Translations under genes and position numbers: made by a program
DNA from: Gemmatimonadota bacterium
Lineage (GTDB): Bacteria > Gemmatimonadota > Gemmatimonadetes > Longimicrobiales > Gaopeijiaceae
Assembly: GCA_034521595.1 (NCBI GenBank)
Contig: JAXHMG010000003.1
Span: forward strand, 512,001-576,000
Length of the DNA: 64,000 nt
Reading direction: 5' to 3'
Notes under the pieces: model-generated
The model's input: the letters and a program-made list of their open reading frames with translations, nothing else
Told to the model about the DNA's origin: nothing
Database searches by the model: none
In this document: positions 39,771-51,515 of the stretch, one piece after another
How the letters are laid out: every line of letters starts with the position of its first letter
How positions within the stretch are numbered: the first letter of the stretch is position 1

Positions 39771-40895
39771 ATGAATCAGCCGGCTGCACCGGCCGACGCG
39801 CAGTCACGCCCCAAGCAGGAGCTCAACCTTCGTACCCTCCTCCAGGAGATGATCCAGAGGGGAGCATCGGATCTGCACGTCACGGTAGGGAGTCCACCGA
39901 AGCTCCGCGTCGACGGCGAGCTCGTGAACTCGGGGCACGGGCAGGTGCTCGCCCCCAAGGACACGATGGCGCTCGCGTACTCCATATTGACGGAGAACCA
40001 GAAGAAGCGGTTCGAGACCGACGACGAGCTCGACTTCTCCTTTGGCGTTCAGAACCTCTCGCGATTTCGTGGCAACGTGTACAAGCAGCGCGGCTGCGTG
40101 GCGATGGCCATCCGGCAGATTCCGTACGAGATCACCTCCCTCGAGAAGCTCGGCCTGCCACCGGCCATCCACAAGCTGACCGAACGGCCGCGCGGGCTGG
40201 TGCTCGTCACCGGGCCGACGGGATCGGGTAAGTCGACCACGCTCGCGGCGATGGTCGACAAGGTGAACAAGGAGCGGAACAGCCACATCATCACGGTCGA
40301 AGACCCGATCGAGTTCATCCACCGGCATCAGAACTGCACGATCAACCAGAGGGAGGTCGGAGCGGATACCCAGAGCTTCTCTGCGGCGCTCAAGTACGCG
40401 CTCCGTCAGGATCCGGACGTGATCCTCGTCGGGGAGATGCGGGACCTCGAAACCATCTCGGCCGCGCTCACGATCGCCGAGACCGGCCACCTCGTCTTCG
40501 CGACGCTGCACACGAACTCGGCCGCGGAGTCGATCAACCGCATCATCGACGCGTTCCCCTCACACCAACAGTCACAGGTGCGTGCCCAGCTCGCCTTCGT
40601 GCTCGAGGGGGTCGTCACGCAGACGCTCCTCCCGAAGGCCAAGGGCAAGGGGCGGGTTGCGGCGGTGGAGATCATGGTGTGCACCCCGGCCATCCGCGCG
40701 GTCATCCGTGACGAGAAGATCCACCAGATCTATTCGCTCATGCAGGCGGGGAAGAAGCACGGGATGCAGACCATGAACGACGCATTGCAGATGCTCTACA
40801 TCCAGGGCGAGATCACGCTCAACGAGGCTCTCAAGCGCTCCGGCGATCCCAACGAGCTCCTGCGTGCGGTGGGAGAGACCGCGCCGGGCGAGTAA
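39771..40895 (+). CDS. pilT: Type IV pilus retraction ATPase
   Basis: ASDLH, GPTGSGKSTT, EDPIE, QREVG, ALRQDPD, AIRAVIRE-like C-terminal motif, GMQTM. Confidence 0.96.
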   Translation: MNQPAAPADAQSRPKQELNLRTLLQEMIQRGASDLHVTVGSPPKLRVDGELVNSGHGQVLAPKDTMALAYSILTENQKKRFETDDELDFSFGVQNLSRFRGNVYKQRGCVAMAIRQIPYEITSLEKLGLPPAIHKLTERPRGLVLVTGPTGSGKSTTLAAMVDKVNKERNSHIITVEDPIEFIHRHQNCTINQREVGADTQSFSAALKYALRQDPDVILVGEMRDLETISAALTIAETGHLVFATLHTNSAAESINRIIDAFPSHQQSQVRAQLAFVLEGVVTQTLLPKAKGKGRVAAVEIMVCTPAIRAVIRDEKIHQIYSLMQAGKKHGMQTMNDALQMLYIQGEITLNEALKRSGDPNELLRAVGETAPGE

Positions 40896-40931
40896 CCTCT
40901 CGGACCCTCTTCCTTACAACAGGTAGTCACG

Positions 40932-42134
40932 ATGCCCGTCTTCAGCTACAGCGCCAGGCCCGCATCCGGCGGAGACATTCAAACCGGCGAGATCGAGCTC
41001 GAGAGCAAGGACGACGTCCTCGCGCATCTTCACCGTCAGAAGCTGATTCCGGTCACGGTCAGAGAAAAGCCGAAGGAGATCAGCTTCTCGTTCGGCACGG
41101 GGATCAAGACGCGGGATATCGTCATCTTCACGCGCCAGTTCGCCACTATGATCAACTCGGGGCTCCCGCTCGTACAGAGCCTCGACATCTTGGCCGAACA
41201 GACCGAGAATCCGGCGTTGCGCAAAACTATCGGCGAGGTGCTCTACGACGTGGAGTCCGGGAACACGCTGGCCGATGCGATGGGCAAACACCCGAGAGTG
41301 TTCACCGAGCTCTATGTGAACATGGTCGCGGCCGGTGAAGCGGGGGGTATCCTGGATACGATCCTGCTGCGTCTCGCGACTTTCCTCGAGAAGAACGATT
41401 CGCTGGTACGGAAGATCAAGGGCGCCATGATCTATCCGGCGGTCATCTTCTCCGTGGCCGGCGCGGCCGTGCTCATTCTGCTCATCTTCGTCATTCCGAC
41501 GTTCCAGCGGATGTTCGAATCCGCCGGCATCCCGCTACCGATCCCGACGCAGATCGTCATCGGGATGTCTCAGTTCCTCCAATCTTGGTGGTGGGCCGTC
41601 GGCGTGGGCGTCGTGGCCGCCATCGTGGGCACCCGGCAGTTCTACAAGACGGACGGGGGACACCTGCTCATCGACCGCCTGCTCCTGGCCATGCCCGTGC
41701 TCGGCGACTTGCAGCGTAAGGCAGCCGTGGCGCGCTTCACGCGGACGCTCGGGACCCTCGTATCTTCCGGAGTCTCCATCCTCGAAGGGCTCGAGATCAC
41801 GGCGAAGACGGCGGGCAACCGTGTGATTCACGACGCCGTCATGAACTCCCGCGCGTCGATCGCCGGGGGTGAGACGATCGCCGGTCCTCTCCGCGAGTCC
41901 GGAGTGTTCCCGCCCATGGTCGTGCAGATGATCAACGTGGGTGAGCAGACGGGCGGGCTCGACGAGATGCTCTCCAAGATCGCCGACTTCTATGACGAAG
42001 AAGTCGACGCGGCGGTCGACGCGCTACTTGCCGCGATGGAGCCGATCATGATCGTGGTGCTGGGCGTGGTCGTGGGTGGGATGATCGTGGCCATGTACCT
42101 GCCGATCTTCGACATGATCAACGCGGTGCAGTAG
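40932..42134 (+). CDS. pilC: Type IV pilus inner-membrane platform protein
   Basis: FTRQFATMINSGLPL, AGEAGG, AMIYP, GEQTG, AMYLPIF. Confidence 0.95.
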   Translation: MPVFSYSARPASGGDIQTGEIELESKDDVLAHLHRQKLIPVTVREKPKEISFSFGTGIKTRDIVIFTRQFATMINSGLPLVQSLDILAEQTENPALRKTIGEVLYDVESGNTLADAMGKHPRVFTELYVNMVAAGEAGGILDTILLRLATFLEKNDSLVRKIKGAMIYPAVIFSVAGAAVLILLIFVIPTFQRMFESAGIPLPIPTQIVIGMSQFLQSWWWAVGVGVVAAIVGTRQFYKTDGGHLLIDRLLLAMPVLGDLQRKAAVARFTRTLGTLVSSGVSILEGLEITAKTAGNRVIHDAVMNSRASIAGGETIAGPLRESGVFPPMVVQMINVGEQTGGLDEMLSKIADFYDEEVDAAVDALLAAMEPIMIVVLGVVVGGMIVAMYLPIFDMINAVQ

Positions 42135-42284
42135 CTCGAGCGGCCCTGACTGGACGCCCGCAGTCGACCAATCGCGCATTCGGCTTCCAGGGCGTCGGGT
42201 TCCGTTCTAGCTTTCTCGCGTAGGATGGTTCGTCGAAACATGCCGACGCCCTCGAGACCCGAGTTCCTTCATCCCGGAATGGCC

Positions 42285-42848
42285 ATGCCCACCCACCACT
42301 GTCCACGCGTGGCACGTCCTCCCCTGCATTTCGCCTGGATTCTCGCCGCGGTTCTCGTCTTCGCCGCCGCATGTGGCGGCGGTGCGGATACGCCGGCCGA
42401 GCGCGTGGCCGACCTGGGTGTGCAAAACGTCGCGGAGCCCGTGTCCGGTCTGATCACGGTCGCGCAGCCGAGCCGGGACCAGGTCGAGGAGCTCCTCGAC
42501 CTGGGATACGACCGCTTCATCAGCCTTCAGCTCACGGAAGAGCCGGGAACGGGCTGGGAGGAAGCCGCGATCCCGGCCGCGGGCGGCCATTTCGCCCGAA
42601 TCCCGGTTGCGGGCCCCGACGACCTCACCCGCGAGAACGTCGATGCTTTGGACGCGCTTCTCGCCGCTCGAGGAGAGGAGGAGACGGTGCTATACTGCGC
42701 GAGCAGCAATCGCGTGGGGGCGCTCCTCGCCTTGCGCGCGTTTTGGCTTCAGGGGGCGGACCCCGAAGAAGCCATGTCGTTGGGGCGTCGAGCCGGCATG
42801 AGAGCCCTGGAGCCCGCCGTGCGCGAGATCATGGCCCAGGGCGGCTAA
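42285..42848 (+). CDS. Lipoprotein with DUF442/sulfurtransferase-phosphatase-like domain
   Basis: Lipobox VFAAAC, AQP, active-site loop LYCASSNRVG (CX4R); start uncertain. Confidence 0.7.
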   Translation: MPTHHCPRVARPPLHFAWILAAVLVFAAACGGGADTPAERVADLGVQNVAEPVSGLITVAQPSRDQVEELLDLGYDRFISLQLTEEPGTGWEEAAIPAAGGHFARIPVAGPDDLTRENVDALDALLAARGEEETVLYCASSNRVGALLALRAFWLQGADPEEAMSLGRRAGMRALEPAVREIMAQGG

Positions 42849-42919
42849 CGACGTCGCTGGTTCTGCGTGCGCTCGGCCCCCGGTCGCCGAGCGCGGATTC
42901 CGTCCACCTCCCGCGCTCA

Positions 42920-44005
42920 TCACGGGCAGCGGTACACCATGGCGTTGACGTTCATGCCGGCGCCCACGGACGCGAAGACGAGCACGTCGCCGGAGTCGAT
43001 GGAGTAACCCTCGAGCTCACCGTGCCGTACGAGGTCGAACACGGTGGGAACCGTCGCCACGGAGCTGTTGCCCATCCACGAGATGGTCATCGGCATGGTG
43101 ATGTCCGACGTGCACTTGATACCGGACGTTCGAAGGAGTCGCTTGAGGATGGCTTGGTTCATCTTGGCGTTGGCCTGATGAGCGATCAGCATGTCCACGT
43201 CGTGCAACGTCAGGCCAATCTCCTGGAGCATCTCGCAGACGACGCCCGGGACCGTGTTGACTGCGTATTCATAGACTTTGCGGCCGTCCATCTTCAGATA
43301 GAAGCGGTCCGTTGGATCGTCGGGATGGTAAGAGGGCGCCATCCGCAACAGGTGGGCGTGCTCGACGGCGTCGGAGCGCGCGCGGTGGCCGAGAACCCCG
43401 ACCGGGGCCTCGGTCTCCACTGCCTCCAGGACGGCCGCACCGGCGCCGTCCGCGTACAGCATGCTGTCGCGATCGTGCGGGTCGATCACGCGGGATAGCG
43501 TCTCCGTCCCGACGACCAGCGCGCGGCGACCCTGACCGGCGCGCAGGAAACAGTCGGCCTGGACGACGGCCTGTAGCCACCCCGGGCATCCGAATGGGAG
43601 GTCGTACGCGATGCAAGCGGGGTTCCGGATGCCGAGCTCCTGTTTGATCCTCGCCGCCAGGGTCGGAACCGTGTCGATCCGCCCGGTTCGTGGGCAGACA
43701 TCACCGAAGTTGTGGGCCACGATGACGTAGTCCAACGTCTCGGGGTCGATGTCCGCATCGGCCACGGCCGCCCGCGAGGCCTCCGTGCCGAGGTCGGACG
43801 CGGAGAGGTGGTCCGGTGCCCACCGACGCTCGGCGATCTCCGTGATTTCGAGGAACTTCGCGATCAGTCGGGCGTTGTCCGCGGGATCCAGCGGCTGGCC
43901 ATCAGGGAGAAAGAACGTCCGATCCTGGAACTCCGCGTTTGTCACGCGGCGCTCGGGAAGGAAGCTACCGGAGCCGATGAATCGACAGGTGATGGGCTTG
44001 TTCAC
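42920..44005 (-). CDS. fabH: 3-oxoacyl-ACP synthase III
   Basis: Cys-His-Asn triad: FGCPGW, HQAN, GNSSVAT; ADGAGA; SVGAG. Confidence 0.9.
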   Translation of the reverse strand: MNKPITCRFIGSGSFLPERRVTNAEFQDRTFFLPDGQPLDPADNARLIAKFLEITEIAERRWAPDHLSASDLGTEASRAAVADADIDPETLDYVIVAHNFGDVCPRTGRIDTVPTLAARIKQELGIRNPACIAYDLPFGCPGWLQAVVQADCFLRAGQGRRALVVGTETLSRVIDPHDRDSMLYADGAGAAVLEAVETEAPVGVLGHRARSDAVEHAHLLRMAPSYHPDDPTDRFYLKMDGRKVYEYAVNTVPGVVCEMLQEIGLTLHDVDMLIAHQANAKMNQAILKRLLRTSGIKCTSDITMPMTISWMGNSSVATVPTVFDLVRHGELEGYSIDSGDVLVFASVGAGMNVNAMVYRCP

Positions 44006-44167
44006 TAGAATGTCGGGTCAGGGGATGGAAGCTGCTCTTCGTGCGGGCGATTTCGTGGATATCATAAAGGAGCCTGCAAGTGGGCGCACTCGCTGCGGGA
44101 TTCGAAGGGTGCCGCCCGGCTGCTCGGCCACTGTTGGAAGAAATCGGCCCGTGGTCCGAACCGCGCA

Positions 44168-44209
44168 AGAAGGGGGCGGCCCGATCACCCACCGGAACCG
44201 CCCCCTTCT
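44168..44209 (-). terminator. Hairpin, probable terminator after katG
   Basis: Perfect 12-bp inverted repeat AGAAGGGGGCGG/CCGCCCCCTTCT about 30 nt past the katG stop. Confidence 0.6.
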
Positions 44210-44238
44210 CCGCCCTTCCGTTCCGTTGTTCCCAGCTG

Positions 44239-46779
<2,541 letters not shown>

Positions 46780-46972
46780 TCAGGCGGGCACACCAGAATG
46801 CTCGGTGGGACGGCGCGCCGCGTGTTTCCGGCTCTGGGATACGTTGCTACCGAGGCGAGTTGCGCGTACCGTGTTCGGGGTCCTCCCCTCATCCTCGTAC
46901 GACGAGCGTCGGAGCCGCCGATGATCCGTCCTGGATCCGCGGGCCGACGCATCCGGAGAGCTCGACCGCCCC

Positions 46973-49744
46973 GTGAACACGAACCCCGACGACGTTTCCA
47001 CCGGCCCGCATCCCGAGAAGCCTGAGGAGGGGGGTGCCCAGCTTTCCAACGACGGAGCCCCCTGGTGGTCCCTGTCCGGCGCGGATGCGTCGGCCCGTCT
47101 CGGAGCCGGCCCTGAAGGGCTCGATTCGGAGGAGGCCAAGCGACGCCTGGAGCGCTACGGGCCGAACACGATCGAGGTCGAAGAAGTCGAGCCCTGGTGG
47201 GTCCTCGCGCTCCACCAGTTCAAGGACCCCCTCATCTACATCCTCCTCGCGGCCGCGGCCGTCACGATCGCGATCGAGGATTACGTGGACGCCGGGGTCA
47301 TCCTGACCGTCGTTCTCCTGAATGCGGTGATCGGATTCGTCCAGGAGTACCGGGCCCGCCAGGCCATGCGCGCGCTCGCGAAGCTCAGCGCGCCCCGTGC
47401 CGAGGTTCTGCGGGACGGGAGGTCCCGTACCGTGCCGGCAGCAGAGGTGGTGCCGGGGGACGTCGTGCTCCTCTCGTCGGGCGTGCGAGTGCCCGCGGAC
47501 CTGCGACTCCTCCGTGTCGTCGGCCTCGACGTGGACGAATCCATGCTCACGGGGGAATCCGTCTCGGTGAGCAAGGATCCGGAACGGATGCTCGAAGGCG
47601 ATCCGGTCGCGGGTGATCAGGTGAACATGGCGTTCGCGGCGACCATGGTCACGCGGGGCCGGGGGCGCGGTGTGGTGGTAGCCACCGGACGGGACACCGC
47701 CGTGGGACGAATCGCGGAGGCCGTGCACCGAGTGGGGGAGGTTCGTACACCCCTTCAGGAGAAGGTGCACGACTTCGGCGGGAAGGTCGGGCTCGCGCTC
47801 GTGGGCCTCGCCGGAGTGGCTGCCGGGTTGGGGCTGCTGCATGGCCTCGGGCTGGCCGAGATCTTCATGACCGCCGTGGCCATGGCCGTGTCCGCCGTCC
47901 CCGAAGGCCTCCCGGTGGTCCTGACCGTGACGTTGGCCGTCGGCGTGCGCCGTATGGCCGGCAGGAAGGCGATCGTGCGACGGCTACCGGCCGTCGAGAC
48001 CCTCGGGAGCACGACCGTCATCGCGTCCGACAAGACGGGAACACTCACCCGGAACGAGATGACCGTGCGGGCTATCTGGACGACCGGAGGGCGTTTGGAG
48101 GTCTCAGGGGCCGGTTACGCAGCGGAGGGCGAGCTCCGCCGCGGTGACACGGTCGTGGTCCCGGACGGGGAGTCCGCGCTGAGCCATACCCTGCGTGCGG
48201 GCGTCCTGGCGAGTGAGGCCGACGAGCGCATCCTCGGGGACGAAGGCGAGCCCCTCGGCGACCCGACCGAGGTGGCCCTGCTCGTGGCAGCCGCCAAGGG
48301 AGGGATGCGGACGGCAGAGGAGCGCGCGGCGCATCCCGATCTGAGCATGCTCCCCTTCGAGCCGGAGCTCCAATTCATGGCGACTTTGGTCCGGGTCGGA
48401 GCTGACAACCGGATCTACATGAAGGGCGCGCCCGAGGCGGTGTTGTCTCGCTGCACGCGGGTGGCAACGGAGGACGGGGGGACTGCGCCTCTGGACGAGG
48501 ACGAGCGGCGCCGGATCCGGGACGCAGGCCAGGAGCTTGCGGGTGAGGGACTCCGCGTGCTCGCCATGGCCTACCGGGATACGCAGAGCGACACGATCAA
48601 CGCGGCAGCGGTCGAGGACGACATGGTGTTCTGCGGCCTCCAGGGAATGGAAGATCCGGTCCGTCCGGAGGCCGTCGATGCCGTGGCGGTGGTCCGCGAC
48701 GCCGGCATCCGAGTTCTGATGTTGACCGGAGACCACGTGGCCACGGCGCGCGCCATCGGACGTCGGCTGGGATTGGACGACGAAGGGCATCGGGCGGTCG
48801 AGGGCCGGGAGCTCGGCGGGCTCTCGGACGGCGAGCTCGACGCGCTGTTGGATGAGGGCGTGCGGGTGTTCGCGCGCGTGGCGCCGGAGCACAAGCTGAG
48901 GATCGTGGAACGGCTCCGCGCGCGAGGGGAGATCGTCGCGGTGACCGGAGACGGAGTGAACGATGCCCCGGCGCTGCGCGCGGCCCACCTGGGCATCGCG
49001 ATGGGCATCACGGGCACGGACGTCGCGCGCGAGGCCTCGGACATGGTCCTCCAGGACGACAACTTCGCGACGATCCGGGCGGCGGTGGAGGAGGGCCGGG
49101 TGGTTTTTGCGAACATCCGGAAGGTCACGTTCTTCCTGTTGTCCACGGCGGTCGGCGAGGTGATCACGATACTGGTGGCGTTGGCCGCGGGCTGGCCCCT
49201 CCCGTTCGTGGCGGCGCAGATCCTGTGGATCAATCTGGTGACCAACGGCTTGCAGGACGTGGCGCTCGCGGTCGAGCCGGGCGAGCCTGGGCTGCTGCGC
49301 CGTGGACCGCGTCCGGCCGGTGAGGGAATCCTTCCCTGGAGGCTCCTGGAACGTCTCGGAGGTGTGGGCGTGGTGCTCGCCATCGGCACGCTGGGCGCGT
49401 TCTGGTGGGCGTGGCGGATGACGGAGGATCTGGACACCGCCCGGACCGTGGCCATGACCCAGATGGTCGTATTCCAGTTCTTCCACGTCTTCAACTGCCG
49501 GTCGCTCGAGCGGTCGATCTTCCGGGTGCCCTTGCTCTCGAACCGGTTCCTGTTCGTCAGCCTGCTCGCCGCGCTTGTCGCGCAGCTCGCCGTGCTCTAT
49601 TGGGGGCCGCTGCAGGCGGTGTTCCGCACGGTGCCGCTCGACGTCGAGCAGTGGGGTGTCGTCGTCGCGGTCGGTGCGACGGTCGTCATCGGGGGGGAGC
49701 TGGACAAGGCGTGGCAGCGGAGACGGGGACGAGCCCTCGGATGA
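46973..49744 (+). CDS. P2-type cation-transporting ATPase
   Basis: LTGES, PEGLP, DKTGTLT, KGAPE, MLTGD, TGDGVNDAPAL, QILWINLVT. Confidence 0.95.
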   Translation: MNTNPDDVSTGPHPEKPEEGGAQLSNDGAPWWSLSGADASARLGAGPEGLDSEEAKRRLERYGPNTIEVEEVEPWWVLALHQFKDPLIYILLAAAAVTIAIEDYVDAGVILTVVLLNAVIGFVQEYRARQAMRALAKLSAPRAEVLRDGRSRTVPAAEVVPGDVVLLSSGVRVPADLRLLRVVGLDVDESMLTGESVSVSKDPERMLEGDPVAGDQVNMAFAATMVTRGRGRGVVVATGRDTAVGRIAEAVHRVGEVRTPLQEKVHDFGGKVGLALVGLAGVAAGLGLLHGLGLAEIFMTAVAMAVSAVPEGLPVVLTVTLAVGVRRMAGRKAIVRRLPAVETLGSTTVIASDKTGTLTRNEMTVRAIWTTGGRLEVSGAGYAAEGELRRGDTVVVPDGESALSHTLRAGVLASEADERILGDEGEPLGDPTEVALLVAAAKGGMRTAEERAAHPDLSMLPFEPELQFMATLVRVGADNRIYMKGAPEAVLSRCTRVATEDGGTAPLDEDERRRIRDAGQELAGEGLRVLAMAYRDTQSDTINAAAVEDDMVFCGLQGMEDPVRPEAVDAVAVVRDAGIRVLMLTGDHVATARAIGRRLGLDDEGHRAVEGRELGGLSDGELDALLDEGVRVFARVAPEHKLRIVERLRARGEIVAVTGDGVNDAPALRAAHLGIAMGITGTDVAREASDMVLQDDNFATIRAAVEEGRVVFANIRKVTFFLLSTAVGEVITILVALAAGWPLPFVAAQILWINLVTNGLQDVALAVEPGEPGLLRRGPRPAGEGILPWRLLERLGGVGVVLAIGTLGAFWWAWRMTEDLDTARTVAMTQMVVFQFFHVFNCRSLERSIFRVPLLSNRFLFVSLLAALVAQLAVLYWGPLQAVFRTVPLDVEQWGVVVAVGATVVIGGELDKAWQRRRGRALG

Positions 49745-51063
49745 GGGAGTGGGTCGGCGGAGCCTTCTGGTCGTTGGCGTACACGGCGCTGCTCGCGCTG
49801 CCTTTGATCGTGCTGGGGAGCGGGTTGGTGGGGTTGAGCGGTTCGGGGTGGTGGTTCGACTTCTCGATGGGGCTCGGGTTCGGTGCGGTGGCCCTTTTCG
49901 GTGGCCAGTTCCTGCTGACCGCTCGTTTCCGCCGGGCGACGGCCCCCTTCGGGATGGACGTGTTGTACGTGTTCCATCGCTGGCTGGCTGTCATCGCGCT
50001 CGTGCTCGTGCTGGCTCACTACGGGATCCTCCGCGTCTCCTACCCGGCTACGCTCGAGCCCTTCTGGCCGGCGACCGCACCGTGGTACATGACCGCGGGC
50101 AGGGCTTCTCTCGCCGTGTTCCTCCTGCTCGTGGTCTCGTCGCTCGCCAGAAAGGCGTTGCGTATCGAGTACGATGACTGGCGGCTTGCGCACACCGTGC
50201 TGGCCGTGCTGGGCATGGCGCTGGCCGTGATCCACGTGTTGGGCGTAGGCTACTACTCCGGCGTGTTCTGGACTCGGATCGTGTTGGATCTTTTTCTGGC
50301 GTCGGTTCTCGCCCTGGTAGCCTACGTCCGGGTGATGAAGCCGGTGTCTCTCATGACCAAGCCCTATCGCGTGAGCGACGTACGTGCCGAAGGAGGAGAT
50401 ACCTGGATGTTGACGATGGAGCCCGAGGGCCACTCCGGCCTCCGTTTCGCTCCCGGACAGTTCGGGTGGCTGTCGCTCGGGTGCTCTCCCCTGCGTGCAC
50501 GGGAGCATCCCTTTTCATTCTCCGGTAGCGCGGAGCAAGACGGAACGCTCGAGTTCACCATCAAGGAGCTCGGCGACTTCACCCGCACGGTCGGTCGGAC
50601 GGAAATCGGAACGGTGGCCTACGTGGACGGGCCGCACGGGGTTTTCACGGTCGACCGGTACCCTGAGGCTCCGGGCTTTCTGTTCCTCGCCGGCGGGGTG
50701 GGGATCGCGCCGATCGCGAGTATTCTCCGGACCCTCGCGGACCGGGGAGACGCGCGCCCCCTGTGCCTCGTGTACGGGAGTAGCTCGTGGGAGCGGACGG
50801 TCCTGAAGGAAGAGCTCGCACGGCTGTCCGAGCGGTTGAATCTGGAGGTGATCCACGTGCTGGAGGAGCTGCACGAGGGGTGGAAGGGGGCGGTCGGCAG
50901 GCCGACGCCGGAGCTCCTTCAGCAGGCGCTCGCCGGGCTGCCCGAAGGCATGCGGTGCTTCATGTGCGGACCCGAGCCCATGACGAAGATGGCGGAAGCC
51001 GCCCTTCGTGCCCGTGGCGTTCCGTTGCGGCGCATACACTCCGAGCTGTTCGACATGGCTTAG
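49741..51063 (+). CDS. Ferric reductase/NOX-like transmembrane flavocytochrome b
   Basis: TM His pairs FHRW...AH and AH...IH; GQF, HPFS, DGPHG, GGVGIAP, CGP, terminal ELF; ATGA overlap with ATPase. Confidence 0.9.
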   Translation: MREWVGGAFWSLAYTALLALPLIVLGSGLVGLSGSGWWFDFSMGLGFGAVALFGGQFLLTARFRRATAPFGMDVLYVFHRWLAVIALVLVLAHYGILRVSYPATLEPFWPATAPWYMTAGRASLAVFLLLVVSSLARKALRIEYDDWRLAHTVLAVLGMALAVIHVLGVGYYSGVFWTRIVLDLFLASVLALVAYVRVMKPVSLMTKPYRVSDVRAEGGDTWMLTMEPEGHSGLRFAPGQFGWLSLGCSPLRAREHPFSFSGSAEQDGTLEFTIKELGDFTRTVGRTEIGTVAYVDGPHGVFTVDRYPEAPGFLFLAGGVGIAPIASILRTLADRGDARPLCLVYGSSSWERTVLKEELARLSERLNLEVIHVLEELHEGWKGAVGRPTPELLQQALAGLPEGMRCFMCGPEPMTKMAEAALRARGVPLRRIHSELFDMA

Positions 51064-51066
51064 CCG

Positions 51067-51498
51067 ATGCGTGAGCGCTTGGCGAAAGTTTTCGCGGTGG
51101 TCGTGGGAGGAGTGATCGTTCTCCTGGCGGGGGGGTTCGCGGAACGCCGCAACGCTCCGGACGCCGCGGTGGCCGAGGTGGAGTCCGGGGCACCCGAAGC
51201 TCCGGTTCCCCCTCCGGCCGAGCCGGCCGATCCAACCGTCCTGGAGCGAGGGCGGGTGATCTTCGATGAGGCCGGGTGCGCGAGGTGCCATCGTCTGGAC
51301 GGCAGCGGCAACCCGCGCTACCCGCTCGACGGGGTCGGCGCGCGTCGCTCGGCGGAGAGCATCCGCGCGTTCATCGTGGCGGATGGCGACGCCCGGCGGG
51401 CGCTCACCGCGAGCGTCGTGAGGGCCAAGGAGCGCTATCGGGATCTGCCGAGCGCGGACCTGGACGCGTTGGTGGCCTACCTCGCGGCCTCGCGGTAA
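51067..51498 (+). CDS. Membrane-anchored monoheme cytochrome c
   Basis: N-terminal TM, GRVIF...CARCH, C-terminal helix LDALVAYL. Confidence 0.85.
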   Translation: MRERLAKVFAVVVGGVIVLLAGGFAERRNAPDAAVAEVESGAPEAPVPPPAEPADPTVLERGRVIFDEAGCARCHRLDGSGNPRYPLDGVGARRSAESIRAFIVADGDARRALTASVVRAKERYRDLPSADLDALVAYLAASR

Positions 51499-51515
51499 CG
51501 GGCGCTGCTACCTCG

